From an uncultured Candidatus Saccharibacteria bacterium (GTDB taxonomy: Bacteria > Patescibacteriota > WWE3 > UBA101185 > 2-01-FULL-41-18): DNA of 64,000 bases. The position numbers and the translations under genes are program-made. This document shows, piece by piece, positions 8,636 through 18,871 of this stretch (positions are counted from its first letter, which is position 1; every line of letters starts with the position of its first letter). Under the pieces are notes generated by a model. That model was not told the DNA's origin. It did no database searches and saw only the letters and a list, made by a program, of their open reading frames with translations. The stretch is from NCBI GenBank assembly GCA_964636285.1, contig CAZWQF010000001.1, forward strand, positions 7,048 through 71,047. The letters run 5' to 3'.

Positions 8636-9316
8636 TTATTTGCCTTTCCTTACGTCCTCAGTTATTTTTCCGTCGCTAACTCTAATTTTTCTGTCGGTAA
8701 CTTCCGCAACATCTGAATCATGTGTAACTATTACAACTGTTTTTCCTTCTCTACTTAAGTTAGTGAGCATTTCCAAAATTTCTTTTCCCGATTTGCTGTC
8801 TAAATTTCCGGTAGGCTCGTCAGCCAAAATAATTTCAGGATTGTTTATAAGCGCTCTAGCTATTGCTACTCTTTGCTGCTGCCCTCCTGATAATTGCGAA
8901 GGTTTATTTGTGAGCCTGTCACCAAGGCCTACTTTAACCAAAAGCTCTTTAGCTCTCTTATCTAGATCTTTTTTGTTTTTACTGTACATTGCAGGAAGTT
9001 TTACATTTTCTATTGCCGGGGTCTTTGCAAGAAGATTAAATGACTGAAAAATAAAACCAATTTTTTGGTTTCTAATTCTTGCAAAGTCGTTGTCTTTAAA
9101 TTTTGTAACATCTGTGCCTTCAAAAAGATAAGCACCTCCTGAAGGGGCATCAAGCATACCTATTACGTGCATAAGAGTTGATTTGCCTGATCCAGAAGGC
9201 CCAATAATAGAAATGAATTCACCTTTATTTATCTCTAGATTTACGCCATCTAAAGCTCTCACTTCTACACCTTCTAGTTTGTAAACTTTGGAAACATTCT
9301 CCATTTTAACCAGCAT
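8636..9316 (-). CDS. ABC transporter ATP-binding protein (MacB/LolD-like)
   Basis: Walker A GPSGSGKST, signature LSGGQQQRVAIARAL, Walker B ILADEPTGNLD. Confidence 0.9.
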   Translation of the reverse strand: MLVKMENVSKVYKLEGVEVRALDGVNLEINKGEFISIIGPSGSGKSTLMHVIGMLDAPSGGAYLFEGTDVTKFKDNDFARIRNQKIGFIFQSFNLLAKTPAIENVKLPAMYSKNKKDLDKRAKELLVKVGLGDRLTNKPSQLSGGQQQRVAIARALINNPEIILADEPTGNLDSKSGKEILEMLTNLSREGKTVVIVTHDSDVAEVTDRKIRVSDGKITEDVRKGK

Positions 9317-9318
9317 AA

Positions 9319-10506
9319 TTATTTGGAAGTGCTATCAGTTGAGACAGTAACCTTTGCGCCTTCCGTAAGTTTGTCACCTCTGACAAATTGTGCGTTCTCA
9401 AAAATGTCCGTGGTTTCTTTTACCTCAGCAAAATCATCGGTTACAAGACCTTCCTCAATCCTGACTTTGTTTGCTTTTCCGTCTTTGATTTTCCATCCGT
9501 ATGGGCCTTTTTCGTCTTCATCAATGTATTCAACAGGGAGGGTTAAAACATTCTCTCTTGTTTGGGTCATGATTTTTATGTCTCCTGAAAGCCCTATTAT
9601 TTTAAGAACATCCTCTTTTTCTATTGCTACTTTTACTTTTACAGCAGTTGCTCCGCTATCAGTAATAACTGTTTTTGCTCCAACCTCGGCTAGCGTTCCA
9701 GATATCTTTTCGTCACCATAGCTGTCTAGGGAGATCTCCACTTTTTGACCTTTTGATACTAACCTTACGTCTGTCTCATCAACCTCTGCCTCAAAAACTA
9801 TATTTTTTGGATTTACTACGGAAAAAAGCTTTGTTCCCGCCATAACCTGCTGCCCTTCGTTTATACCTTCTAGTGCCAAAATTCCATCTACCGGCGATAC
9901 TACGCTTGAACTCTTAAAATCTGTCCAAGCAGATATGTAGGTTGCATAAGTTGCGGAAACATTTTGATTTGTGTAGGTCTCTTTGCTTTGAAGCATTGCA
10001 AGTTCGGCTTCTGCGCCTTTTAGTGATGCCTCCGCGGACTTCCAAACATTTTTGTCTTCCGTGTCCCTATCGCTGTCATATTTTTCTTTGGCAACTATAT
10101 TTAGCCTCTTCTTTGCGTCTACATTAGCTCTTGCAGCTGACAGCTCCTTTTGGTAGGTGTCCTGCCCACTTTTTGCAAGAAGGTATGAAGAGTAAGCAGA
10201 ATCTGCTGCAGCCTTCAAAGAGACCGGATCCAAATCTACTATGGCTTGACCCTTTTTAACTTCAGTGCCGTTCGCAAGATTAACTTTTTTGACGGTTGCT
10301 GAAACAATAGAGTACTTTGTGCTTCCGTCGGTCACCTTTGTTTCACCAGAAGCGGAAACCATTTTGGTAATGGTTCTTTTTTCTACCTTTGATTCAGTCA
10401 CTTTTGTTGCCGCCGTTTTTGTTCTAAAAATAAAGAATGCTCCTATTGCAACAACAATAAGAATTACGGCCACAAGTTTTTTATGAGTTTTAATATACCC
10501 AATCAC
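9319..10506 (-). CDS. periplasmic adaptor/membrane fusion protein (HlyD/MacA-like)
   Basis: N-terminal TM, coiled-coil region, beta-barrel-like C-terminus; operon with MacB-like genes. Confidence 0.7.
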   Translation of the reverse strand: MIGYIKTHKKLVAVILIVVAIGAFFIFRTKTAATKVTESKVEKRTITKMVSASGETKVTDGSTKYSIVSATVKKVNLANGTEVKKGQAIVDLDPVSLKAAADSAYSSYLLAKSGQDTYQKELSAARANVDAKKRLNIVAKEKYDSDRDTEDKNVWKSAEASLKGAEAELAMLQSKETYTNQNVSATYATYISAWTDFKSSSVVSPVDGILALEGINEGQQVMAGTKLFSVVNPKNIVFEAEVDETDVRLVSKGQKVEISLDSYGDEKISGTLAEVGAKTVITDSGATAVKVKVAIEKEDVLKIIGLSGDIKIMTQTRENVLTLPVEYIDEDEKGPYGWKIKDGKANKVRIEEGLVTDDFAEVKETTDIFENAQFVRGDKLTEGAKVTVSTDSTSK

Positions 10507-10568
10507 AGGCTTATTCTACCTTATTATAAGTATTTGACCAATGAGAACATATCGAATATCATCAATAC

Positions 10569-10853
10569 ATGTCATTAAAATTACAATGCTCAAATTGCTT
10601 TAAGGCATTAAGTGTGCCTTCAAGAATGAAATTATATTTACACTTGGAAAAAGTTGGGGAAGCAACGGTAACCCAGCTTGTTAACGGTTCTGGCTTAAAA
10701 CAGCCTACAGTTTCTTATCATCTAAAAGAGATGGAGCACGGGGGTGTTTTGTCCTCAAGAAAAGAAGGAAAAGAAGTTTATTACAAAATTGCGAATGCCT
10801 GTCCCCATGACAGCAAGCAGTGCGTTATCACAGGAATTTATGCTAACAATTAA
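10569..10853 (+). CDS. ArsR/SmtB-family HTH transcriptional regulator (likely start at MKLYLHL, ~10626)
   Basis: wHTH pattern ...ATVTQLVNGSGLKQPTVSYHLKEMEHGGVL...; immediately upstream of suf operon. Confidence 0.65.
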   Translation: MSLKLQCSNCFKALSVPSRMKLYLHLEKVGEATVTQLVNGSGLKQPTVSYHLKEMEHGGVLSSRKEGKEVYYKIANACPHDSKQCVITGIYANN

Positions 10854-11586
10854 AGACCTTAAGGTTTCAGTAGAAGACAAAAGTATTCTAAAAGGCGTTT
10901 CATTGCATGTTAAGCATGGAGAAGCCCACGCAATAATGGGCCCTAACGGTTCTGGAAAAAGCACTCTAGCCCAAACTTTGATGGGCCATCCAAAATATAC
11001 CGTTGAGTCTGGAAGCGTTTCCCTTAACGGGAAAGACCTATTGGAGCTTGATACAACAACAAGAGCTTCTGAAGGTTTGTTTTTGGCTTTTCAGTATCCA
11101 AGTGAAATTCCGGGAGTTACAATCGCCAATTTTTTAAGACTTGTTTACAACAATAAAATGAAACGAACAGGTGGTAGGGAGCTGTCACCAGCTCTTTTTA
11201 GAAAAGTGCTTGAAGAAAAAATGGAAGAGCTTCATATGAATAAAGCTTTTGCTCAAAGATATCTAAACGAAGGGTTCTCAGGTGGAGAAAAAAAGAGAAT
11301 GGAAGTTTTGCAAATGGCTATTTTGGAGCCAAAGATTGCAATTCTTGACGAAACTGACTCGGGGCTTGATATCGACGCTCTTCAGATTGTTTCGCACGGA
11401 GTAAATCTTTTAAGAGAAAAGCTTGGAATGTCTGTGTTGATCATTACTCACTATGCAAGGATTTTAAATTACATAAAACCAGACCATGTCCATGTTTTCA
11501 AAGATGGAAAAGTTATCAGAGAGGGCGGGGCTGAGCTTGCTATTGAGCTTGAAAAAACTGGATATAAAAACTATGACTCAAACTAA
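10840..11586 (+). CDS. sufC: Fe-S cluster assembly ATPase SufC
   Basis: [42 protein letters not shown]; LSGGEKKR. Confidence 0.9.
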   Translation: MLTIKDLKVSVEDKSILKGVSLHVKHGEAHAIMGPNGSGKSTLAQTLMGHPKYTVESGSVSLNGKDLLELDTTTRASEGLFLAFQYPSEIPGVTIANFLRLVYNNKMKRTGGRELSPALFRKVLEEKMEELHMNKAFAQRYLNEGFSGGEKKRMEVLQMAILEPKIAILDETDSGLDIDALQIVSHGVNLLREKLGMSVLIITHYARILNYIKPDHVHVFKDGKVIREGGAELAIELEKTGYKNYDSN

Positions 11587-12979
11587 TCCAATTGATGACT
11601 CCTATAAACTTGGCTTTCACGACGATATTAAATACTCTTTTAAATCACAAAAAGGGCTTAATGAGAATATTGTGAGACAAATTTCTCAGATGAAAGGGGA
11701 GCCCGAATGGATGCTTGAGTATAGGCTTTCCGCATACAAAACTTTCTTGGAAAAGCCTATGCCCATGTGGATGGCGGACGAAAAGGATATAAATGACATT
11801 AAATTTGATGAAATTTATTACTACCTAAAACCCACTGATAAACAGGAGAAAAATTGGGATGATGTTCCAGACGATATTAAAAGAACTTTTGACAAAATTG
11901 GTGTTCCTCAAGCCGAGAGAGAGTTTTTGGGAGGAGTTAAATCCCAATACGACTCAGAAGTAGTTTATGGTTCTGTGTTAAAGGAGCTTGAAGACCAAGG
12001 TGTCATATTTTTAGGAACAGATGAGGCCCTTAAAAAATACCCAGAGATTTTTAAACAGTATTTTGGAACTGTAGTTCCATCTAGAGACAACAAGTTTTCT
12101 GCGTTAAACAGTGCAGTTTGGAGTGGGGGCTCCTTTGTATACATTCCAAAAGGTGTAAAAGTAGAAAGGCCTTTGCAGGCTTACTTTAGAATTAATTCTC
12201 AAAACGCAGGTCAGTTTGAAAGAACTTTAATAATTGCGGAAGAGGGGAGTTTTGTACATTATGTAGAAGGCTGCTCTGCTCCTTCGTTTAGTAGTGGCTC
12301 TTTGCACTCGGCGGTTGTAGAAATAATTGTAAAAGAAGGTGCTAGGGTTAGGTACACAACAATTCAAAACTGGTATAAAAATGTTTTCAACCTTGTTACA
12401 AAAAGAGCTATAGCCCATAAGAATGCAACTATGGAATGGGTGGACGGAAATCTTGGTTCAAGGCTTACGGTAAAGTTTCCTTCGGTATATTTGGTTGGCG
12501 AAGGGGCAAAAGGTGAAATCCTTTCAATAGCGTATGCCGGAGAAGGTCAACATCAACACGCAGGCGGAAAAATAGTTCATGGAGCTCCAAATACTTCGTC
12601 AAGAATTACATCCAAATCTATAAGCGCAAAAGGAGGTAGGGCTTCTTACAGGGGTTTAATTTCTGTAGTTCCGGGAGCCACAAATTCCAAATCAAGAGTT
12701 GAGTGCGACGCTTTAATTCTGGATTCCGATTCAAGAACAGACACATACCCAGTTATGAAAATTAAAGAGCCCGAAGTGAGTATTGAGCATGAAGCCTCCG
12801 TAAGCAAGGTTGGAGAAGATCAGCTTTTTTATTTAATGAGCAGGGGATTATCAGAAGAAGAGGCTATGAATCTTGTTGTCTCTGGATTTATTGAGCCAAT
12901 TGTAAAAGAGCTCCCGCTAGAATATGCAATTGAACTAAACAAGCTCATCGAGCTTGAAATGGAAGGGAGCGTTGGCTAA
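11573..12979 (+). CDS. sufB: Fe-S cluster assembly protein SufB
   Basis: Length and conserved SufB blocks (HYVEGCSAP...; C-terminal [13 protein letters not shown]). Confidence 0.9.
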   Translation: MTQTNPIDDSYKLGFHDDIKYSFKSQKGLNENIVRQISQMKGEPEWMLEYRLSAYKTFLEKPMPMWMADEKDINDIKFDEIYYYLKPTDKQEKNWDDVPDDIKRTFDKIGVPQAEREFLGGVKSQYDSEVVYGSVLKELEDQGVIFLGTDEALKKYPEIFKQYFGTVVPSRDNKFSALNSAVWSGGSFVYIPKGVKVERPLQAYFRINSQNAGQFERTLIIAEEGSFVHYVEGCSAPSFSSGSLHSAVVEIIVKEGARVRYTTIQNWYKNVFNLVTKRAIAHKNATMEWVDGNLGSRLTVKFPSVYLVGEGAKGEILSIAYAGEGQHQHAGGKIVHGAPNTSSRITSKSISAKGGRASYRGLISVVPGATNSKSRVECDALILDSDSRTDTYPVMKIKEPEVSIEHEASVSKVGEDQLFYLMSRGLSEEEAMNLVVSGFIEPIVKELPLEYAIELNKLIELEMEGSVG

Positions 12980-12981
12980 AT

Positions 12982-13632
12982 ATGGCGCACAAAGAATTAA
13001 GATTTGAAGAAATTAAGCCAAACAAAGTTGCGGTATTAAAATATGATTTGCCTTACGAAAGGCTGGAAGTTACTGAGCCTGGACTTACCCAGTTTATTTT
13101 TGATGTGCCAGATTCAAATGTCTCAAAAAAAGTGGATGTTGTCTTAAAAGTTGAAGGTGCTGAGGCAGAAGTTTTGGGTTCTTATGTTGGAAACGGAAAC
13201 CAAGAAATTGATCTGGAGGTTAACAGTATTCATGAGGTTCCAAACACTAGATGCTTAACACAAATTAGGGGCGTAATGACTGATCATTCTGATTCCAAAT
13301 TCAAAGGAATGATTGTGATCAGAGAAGGGGCTCAAAAAACCGCTTCCTACCTTGATCATGACGTCCTGATTTTGGGAAAAAATGCTAAAAATCAGTCAGA
13401 GCCAGGACTAGAAATTGAAGCTGACGACGTTAAAGCTACACATGGAGCTACAACAGGGAGAATTCTTGATGAGCATTTATTCTATTTAATGAGTAGGGGG
13501 ATATCAAAAAAAGAATCAGAAAAACTTGTTATTGAGGGGTTTCTATCGCCCGCGGTTGAAAAAGTACAAGATGAGGAAGTTAAAAATTATTTATCCATAA
13601 GACTTCAGAAGGCTATTGAACAGGCCTGTTAG
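12982..13632 (+). CDS. sufD: SufD-like protein, short form (216 aa)
   Basis: C-terminal [22 protein letters not shown] shared with SufB/SufD family; truncated relative to canonical SufD. Confidence 0.7.
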   Translation: MAHKELRFEEIKPNKVAVLKYDLPYERLEVTEPGLTQFIFDVPDSNVSKKVDVVLKVEGAEAEVLGSYVGNGNQEIDLEVNSIHEVPNTRCLTQIRGVMTDHSDSKFKGMIVIREGAQKTASYLDHDVLILGKNAKNQSEPGLEIEADDVKATHGATTGRILDEHLFYLMSRGISKKESEKLVIEGFLSPAVEKVQDEEVKNYLSIRLQKAIEQAC

Positions 13633-13641
13633 AATTAACAT

Positions 13642-14886
13642 ATGTTTGATGTAAATAAGGTAAGAGAGGATTTCCCAATTTTAAAAAGAAAAATAAATGG
13701 AAAAGATTTGCACTATCTTGATAACGCAGCAACTTCCCAAAAGCCCCAAGTTGTTATTGATTCAATCTCTGATTATTACTCAAATCATAATGCAAATGTC
13801 CACAGAGGTATTCACACTCTTTCAGAAGAAGCCACCGATTTATATGAAAACGCTAGAAAAGAAGTTCAAAAATTTATCAACGCCAGGTATCCGGAAGAGA
13901 TAGTTTTCACAAAAGGGACTACAGACAGTATTAATCTGGTTTCCTCAGCTGTCATGCCTCTTTTATGGGATTCCGGGAAAGAAAACGCAGGGGACGAAAT
14001 GCCTGTTATCAGCTTCACTGAAGTTGAGCATCATAGCAATCTTGTACCATGGCAAGAGCTTGCAAAGAGGGCCTCTATCAAACTTGAGCCAATTCCCGTA
14101 ACGGGAAAAGGATTTTTAGATGGTAATCCAAAAGATTTATTTTCTAAAAATATGAAAATCCTAGCTATCACACACGCATCAAATTTCTTAGGTTCCGTGT
14201 TGCCCCTTAAAGATATAATAAAAACTGCACACTCTGTGGGGTCTTTGGTTGTTGTTGATGGGGCTCAAGCAATTCCTCACATGAAGGTAGATGTCCAGAG
14301 TTTGAATTGTGACTTCTATGCTTTTTCGGGACATAAAATGCTGGGTCCTACAGGAATTGGAGTTCTTTACATTAAAAAGGAAATTCAAGAAAAACTAGGT
14401 GTCTACCAGACAGGAGGGGGAATGATAAGAGAGGTGTATTCTGATAGAGCGGTTTGGGACCAAGCTCCATATAAATTTGAAGCTGGAACACCAAATGTTG
14501 AGGGTGCTGTTGGGCTTATGGCTGCTATCACTTACTTAAAAGGTTTAGGCATGGATTCCGTGAGAGATCACGAACTTTCCCTGATTAAATATTCACTTGA
14601 AAAGCTTACTGATCTTGGTGATATTGATATTTATGGTCCAGAAAATGCAGAGGACAGGACAGGAGTCATTTCATTTAATGTAAAAGGAATTCATTCGCAT
14701 GATCTGGCATCAGTTTTAGACTCTGAGGGCGTTGCAATTAGGAGCGGGCACCACTGCACAATGCCAATGCACCTAAAGCTTGCCATACCTGCTTCGGCAA
14801 GAATGAGTTTTAATGTGTACAGCACAAAAGACGATGTAGATGCACTTATTTCAGGAATTGAAAAAGCAAGAAAGATTTTACTTTGA
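13642..14886 (+). CDS. sufS: cysteine desulfurase SufS (class V aminotransferase)
   Basis: SGHKMLGPTGIGVLY PLP-lysine motif; catalytic RSGHHC. Confidence 0.9.
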   Translation: MFDVNKVREDFPILKRKINGKDLHYLDNAATSQKPQVVIDSISDYYSNHNANVHRGIHTLSEEATDLYENARKEVQKFINARYPEEIVFTKGTTDSINLVSSAVMPLLWDSGKENAGDEMPVISFTEVEHHSNLVPWQELAKRASIKLEPIPVTGKGFLDGNPKDLFSKNMKILAITHASNFLGSVLPLKDIIKTAHSVGSLVVVDGAQAIPHMKVDVQSLNCDFYAFSGHKMLGPTGIGVLYIKKEIQEKLGVYQTGGGMIREVYSDRAVWDQAPYKFEAGTPNVEGAVGLMAAITYLKGLGMDSVRDHELSLIKYSLEKLTDLGDIDIYGPENAEDRTGVISFNVKGIHSHDLASVLDSEGVAIRSGHHCTMPMHLKLAIPASARMSFNVYSTKDDVDALISGIEKARKILL

Positions 14887-14887
14887 T

Positions 14888-15253
14888 ATGGATTTATATA
14901 GAGAAACGCTCTTAGAAAATTTTAAAAATAAAGCTAATAGGGGAAGGATTGAGAACCCTTCGGTTAGTAAAAAAGGTGCCAATCCCTTATGTGGGGATTC
15001 AATTGAGCTTGACCTTGTTGTAACAGATAGCGTAATAACAGATGTAAAATTTGAGGGTTCCGGGTGTGCAGTTAGCATGGCAGCAACATCCATGCTTATA
15101 GATAAGGTAATTGGAATGAAAGTTGAGGAAGCAAAGAAAATTACAAAAGAAGATTTAATTAACAATATTAATCCCAATTTAACTTTAAGCAGAATTAAAT
15201 GCGCATCTTTAGGGTATAGTGCGCTTATGGAAGCGTTAGCTGAAATTAAGTAA
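14888..15253 (+). CDS. sufU: SufU/IscU-like Fe-S scaffold (NifU N-terminal domain)
   Basis: GANPLCGDSIELDLV ... GSGCAVSMAATS conserved Cys pattern. Confidence 0.8.
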   Translation: MDLYRETLLENFKNKANRGRIENPSVSKKGANPLCGDSIELDLVVTDSVITDVKFEGSGCAVSMAATSMLIDKVIGMKVEEAKKITKEDLINNINPNLTLSRIKCASLGYSALMEALAEIK

Positions 15254-15275
15254 TTGAAAGTAGAATAAAAAACTT

Positions 15276-15512
15276 ATGGAAGATAAAGCAAAAACAGAGC
15301 AAAAAATAACAAAGGATTCTAACCTTGGAGAGATTGTTCAAAAATATCCAGACCTTGCGGAGGTTTTACTGGATTATGGACTCCATTGCGTGGGCTGTTT
15401 TGCCAGCGCCTACGATTCCATTGAAATGGGGGCAAAGGTTCACGGTATGACGGATGCTGAGATTTCAGAAATGGTGGGGCGTTTGAATGAAGTTATTGAG
15501 ACGGGTGAATAA
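15276..15512 (+). CDS. DUF1858-like small redox protein (CxxC)
   Basis: 78 aa, LLDYGLHCVGCFAS motif typical of DUF1858/hybrid-cluster-associated domain. Confidence 0.45.
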   Translation: MEDKAKTEQKITKDSNLGEIVQKYPDLAEVLLDYGLHCVGCFASAYDSIEMGAKVHGMTDAEISEMVGRLNEVIETGE

Positions 15513-15530
15513 CCAAGCTACACTTATCAC

Positions 15531-15812
15531 ATGCTAAAGCCTTTGATTCTTGGATTTTTTCTAAGTTTAGCCCTCAGCGGACTATCCCTATTTAATCAAA
15601 TAAACGTACTATGCGATGCCGGAAGTTTTGAAGTGCATGAAAATACATGTAAAAATGGTGAGGTTTTATACATTACAAGGGGCTTTCCACTTGCCTTTGA
15701 AATGAAGCTTACCCTTATGAATGTTTTAGTTTTTATGAGCAACGCTTTTGTATTTTTTGCAATTATTCTGATTGTTCTTATACTTACAAAACGAATTCGT
15801 TTGCTAAAATAA
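15531..15812 (+). CDS. hypothetical small membrane protein
   Basis: ORF with N- and C-terminal hydrophobic helices. Confidence 0.35.
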   Translation: MLKPLILGFFLSLALSGLSLFNQINVLCDAGSFEVHENTCKNGEVLYITRGFPLAFEMKLTLMNVLVFMSNAFVFFAIILIVLILTKRIRLLK

Positions 15813-15829
15813 ACAAACCTAATTTTATT

Positions 15830-16078
15830 ATGGAAAATTCACAAGCCAAAAATTCACGAAAAGTTGCAAAGGTAGTTGTTCAAAGGGACCTCTGTATTGG
15901 TGCAGGTCCTTGCGTTGTAGTAGCGCCAAAGTCTTTTGAGCTGGATGCAGAAAACAAGGCGATAGTTCTTGAAAATCCCGACGCTACTGACAATGAGCTC
16001 CTTTTGGCAGCTCAGTCTTGCCCCACTCAAGCAATATTTCTTTATGATAAAGACGGAAACCTGTTATCAAGGGCGTAG
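15830..16078 (+). CDS. ferredoxin (single [4Fe-4S]/[3Fe-4S]-type small ferredoxin)
   Basis: CIGAGPCVVVAP ... AQSCPTQAI Cys pattern of Pyrococcus-type ferredoxins. Confidence 0.75.
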   Translation: MENSQAKNSRKVAKVVVQRDLCIGAGPCVVVAPKSFELDAENKAIVLENPDATDNELLLAAQSCPTQAIFLYDKDGNLLSRA

Positions 16079-16148
16079 CCGTTGTAAATAAGGCGCTATT
16101 GTTGTAAATTTATAGTGTCCGGAAGGGCAAGATTAGGATCCTGTCTTT

Positions 16149-16236
16149 GGAGGGTTGGCAGAGCGGTAATGCAGCGGCTTGCTAAGCCGTGACGGTTTAT
16201 AGCCGTCCACAGGTTCAAATCCTGTACCCTCCGCCA
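16149..16236 (+). tRNA. tRNA-Ser (anticodon GCU), long variable arm
   Basis: Manual fold: acceptor ggagggt/accctcc, anticodon loop ttGCTaa, long variable arm, T-loop ttcaaat, CCA encoded. Confidence 0.8.
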
Positions 16237-16249
16237 TAAGAAGCCTAAT

Positions 16250-16843
16250 ATGGATTATCTTAAGACTGTTATAGGTGTTTTATCCCCAAAACCTCAAGAA
16301 AAAGACTCACCAAAAAATGAGTTTGTACCTCCGGTAGCGGATAGAGAAAAAGATGTCCCGCCAAATAGAGAGGTTTTATTTTCTTGGGAGTCCCCTGAGA
16401 GAACATTTGTTCCAAGGTCTAGAGAATACTTTAGAAGAATCATTTCCCTTCTTTTCATTGTTAGTGCTGTGCTTATACTTGCAGGGCAGTTTTTGCTTGT
16501 AGCACTTCTTGTTGCACTTGCCGTTCTTTATTACGTTTTAAGTTCGGTTCCGCCTTCTAATGTAAAACATGAGCTTGATAACTACGGAATATTTTATTTG
16601 GGCAGGCAGTATTATTGGCCTGAGCTAAAATTCTATTTTTTCACGAATGAAGCCGGCGAAAATATCCTAAATGTTGATACAAGGGATCCCTATCCAGGAA
16701 GGCTCATTTTGCTTCTTGGAAAAATTAAACCTGAAGAGGTCAAAGAAGTGATGAATAAGTATCTCCCGTTACGAGAAGTTCCCCCAGAGACCATGTTTGA
16801 TAAGGCTTTCAAGTCTGTTTCCAGCAAATTAAACCTTGATTAA
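16250..16843 (+). CDS. hypothetical membrane protein
   Basis: ORF with central double TM segment. Confidence 0.4.
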   Translation: MDYLKTVIGVLSPKPQEKDSPKNEFVPPVADREKDVPPNREVLFSWESPERTFVPRSREYFRRIISLLFIVSAVLILAGQFLLVALLVALAVLYYVLSSVPPSNVKHELDNYGIFYLGRQYYWPELKFYFFTNEAGENILNVDTRDPYPGRLILLLGKIKPEEVKEVMNKYLPLREVPPETMFDKAFKSVSSKLNLD

Positions 16844-16886
16844 CTTCTGTGCTACACTCAAATAGTTTTACTCTTAAGGGTTCTTT

Positions 16887-16963
16887 GCGCCTGTAGCTCA
16901 GGGGATTAGAGCGCAACTTTGCGGAAGTTGAAGTCGGAGGTTCGAATCCTCTCAGGCGCACCA
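16887..16963 (+). tRNA. tRNA-Arg (anticodon GCG by manual fold; anticodon assignment tentative)
   Basis: Cloverleaf: acceptor gcgcctg/caggcgc, D-arm gctcaggggattagagc, anticodon stem caact/agttg loop ttGCGga, T-arm ggaggttcgaatcctct, CCA. Confidence 0.7.
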
Positions 16964-17079
16964 ATCATTTAAATATTTGAAAACTAAAACTTAATGGTCT
17001 TGCATGAGATATATTTGTGAGGCCCTTTTGGTTACCCTCTAGGGCCTCACAAAACAGTGTTGCTGATGACACAGAAAGG

Positions 17080-17577
17080 TCACGAATTCTTCAGAAGTCT
17101 ACCGAGCCCGCCGACGGAGTCCTTACCCCTGAAAAACATGAAAAATACATCGGCCCCTCTCACAAGAGCTGACCCAACTGGGACCTCGCTTGCCCGAATT
17201 GGAGTTTGATAGTCATCCTCCTGCTTCAAGGCAACAACGGGAAAGCCGTCTCTTCCCATGCGTTTGTACAGAGTCCATTCTCCAAGGTTGTAGACTTTGG
17301 AAATTTCTGGATCCCACTGGCGGACTTTCCTCATCGTTCCTTCAAACGTGTCGCTTTGAGCCGCTCCTGACAGAAGGTGCATCCTGATCTCAAAATCAGG
17401 TGCCCAAAAAGCATCGAAAATCTCCCTATCCCCGAATGGCTCCTTTGTAATCTGCACAACACCCCCCAAATGAGGTCTTATAGTAGCAGACAACTGTGAT
17501 GCCCATCTTGACAACTCCTTATTAAGAAAGATTGGTCTGTAGTTAAAGACTATACCTGATTCATCCAAACAATTCAA
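17080..17577 (-). CDS. hypothetical protein, GC-enriched outlier (165 aa)
   Basis: ORF; composition differs from background. Confidence 0.4.
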   Translation of the reverse strand: MNCLDESGIVFNYRPIFLNKELSRWASQLSATIRPHLGGVVQITKEPFGDREIFDAFWAPDFEIRMHLLSGAAQSDTFEGTMRKVRQWDPEISKVYNLGEWTLYKRMGRDGFPVVALKQEDDYQTPIRASEVPVGSALVRGADVFFMFFRGKDSVGGLGRLLKNS

Positions 17578-17628
17578 ATACTATAAGTTATATGAAAAAA
17601 AGTGTTGCGTGATTCTATAAAAAAAGAA

Positions 17629-17687
17629 ACGGGCCCTCTTTGATCCAAACATGTGAGCTGAGACAGACATGATCAAAGGGGGCCCGT
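17629..17687 (-). terminator. large GC-stem hairpin (acgggccctctttgatc...gatcaaagggggcccgt) of the 'aaacgggc' family followed by T-tract on minus strand
   Basis: Inverted repeat read directly; RC ends ...gggcccgtttcttttttt. Confidence 0.6.
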
Positions 17688-17689
17688 AG

Positions 17690-18340
17690 ACAAGAGCAAG
17701 CAGCTTCTTATGGCGCTGGGATTCGCTGGGGAACTTGGGCTTGGCGGGATCTACTTGGGGGCCTCGGGTCTTCTAGCAACCTCAAACGCCGCCTAACCAA
17801 TGGGGCACTGAGTCCCTACTAGCTCCCCGCGTGGCTCCTGACCGGAACAGGTCAGTTCGCGCTTAGCCTTTACCATTCTCTCTCAATCCGATTTAGCTGC
17901 TTCTCTATATCCCAGATTAGGGTAAGTTCACTGAATTTCAGCAAACTTTTTTAGTACTGTGACTTTACAAAACTACCGAGTTCTTGTCAACTTTGTGGCT
18001 ACGTAGCCACAGGTAGTTTGCGCTTTGAAATGGGCCACCCACAAGCAAGTCTGCTTTGCTGGACTGAAGCGACTTTGCCTCTCTGTCCCAGACCTGCAGG
18101 TGGGTGGCCGGGCATCCGCGTGTACTGTTTGGAGTAGAGCCGAGCACTAAAGAAAAGTTTAAACCTACCACAGTGCCCCGTGAGTTTCTGGGGAGTAACT
18201 TAGGGGCTAGGAGTAATGTGGTCAAGTAAGAAACTTCTGGGATCTTTTTCTGTGCTCAGGTTGTACACGCAGTTTGCTTCGAGTGTTGTGCCAGAAAGTT
18301 TACCAAACCCTCAATACCTGTCAACATAACCTTGTAATAG
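17690..18340 (-). ncRNA. candidate structured GC-rich non-coding transcript (identity unknown)
   Basis: ~650 bp GC-rich stretch without convincing ORF; nested helices (aaactacc...gtggctacgtagccac...ggtagttt); plausible minus-strand promoter TTGACA-16/17-TAAACT near 18290-18324; intrinsic terminator at 17629-17687. Confidence 0.25.
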
Positions 18341-18370
18341 TACAATCCATGTTGCTATAATATACTTGCT

Positions 18371-18862
18371 ATGAAGAAGTTTCTAAAAACCGAATATCTA
18401 GCTTTCATGACTCCTATTATTGCCGCACTTATTTTTGGCTACTTTTTTGGGCATCCTCCCGTTAAGGGAAACTTATATTATGTAAAAAGAGTTGTTGACG
18501 GCGACACTATAGAACTCGCAACAGGCGCTACAGTAAGACTTATTGGTATTAACACTCCAGAGACTGTAAAACCCAATTCACCTGTAGAGTGTTTTGGCCC
18601 AGAGTCTTCAGAATTTAGTAAAAAACTAATGCAGAGAAAATACGTCAGGCTTGAATCTGATAAGGACAACATGGATCAGTATGGAAGAATTCTCAGGTAT
18701 GTTTATTTGGATGATCAAATGGTGAATATGGAACTTGTTCGTGAAGGGTTCGCAAAAGCTTACTACTTTTCACCAAATAATAAATACAAAACAGAGTTTG
18801 ACCTTGCACAGACAGAAGCACAGTCAACAGACAAAGGTCTTTGGGGAAAGTGTACTAAATAG
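18371..18862 (+). CDS. thermonuclease (staphylococcal nuclease/SNase family), membrane-anchored/secreted
   Basis: RLIGINTPE...ECFGPE...YGRILRYVY...ELVREGFA typical SNase residues; N-terminal TM. Confidence 0.85.
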   Translation: MKKFLKTEYLAFMTPIIAALIFGYFFGHPPVKGNLYYVKRVVDGDTIELATGATVRLIGINTPETVKPNSPVECFGPESSEFSKKLMQRKYVRLESDKDNMDQYGRILRYVYLDDQMVNMELVREGFAKAYYFSPNNKYKTEFDLAQTEAQSTDKGLWGKCTK

Positions 18863-18871
18863 TTATTAGGG

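Noticed and set aside
17830-17870. SRP (4.5S) RNA domain IV motif at cctgaccggaacaggtcag
   Set aside because: The helix has a GGAA-like loop, but its closing pairs and the flanking asymmetric loop do not match the conserved AGGUCAGGUCCGGAAGGAAGCAGC signature.
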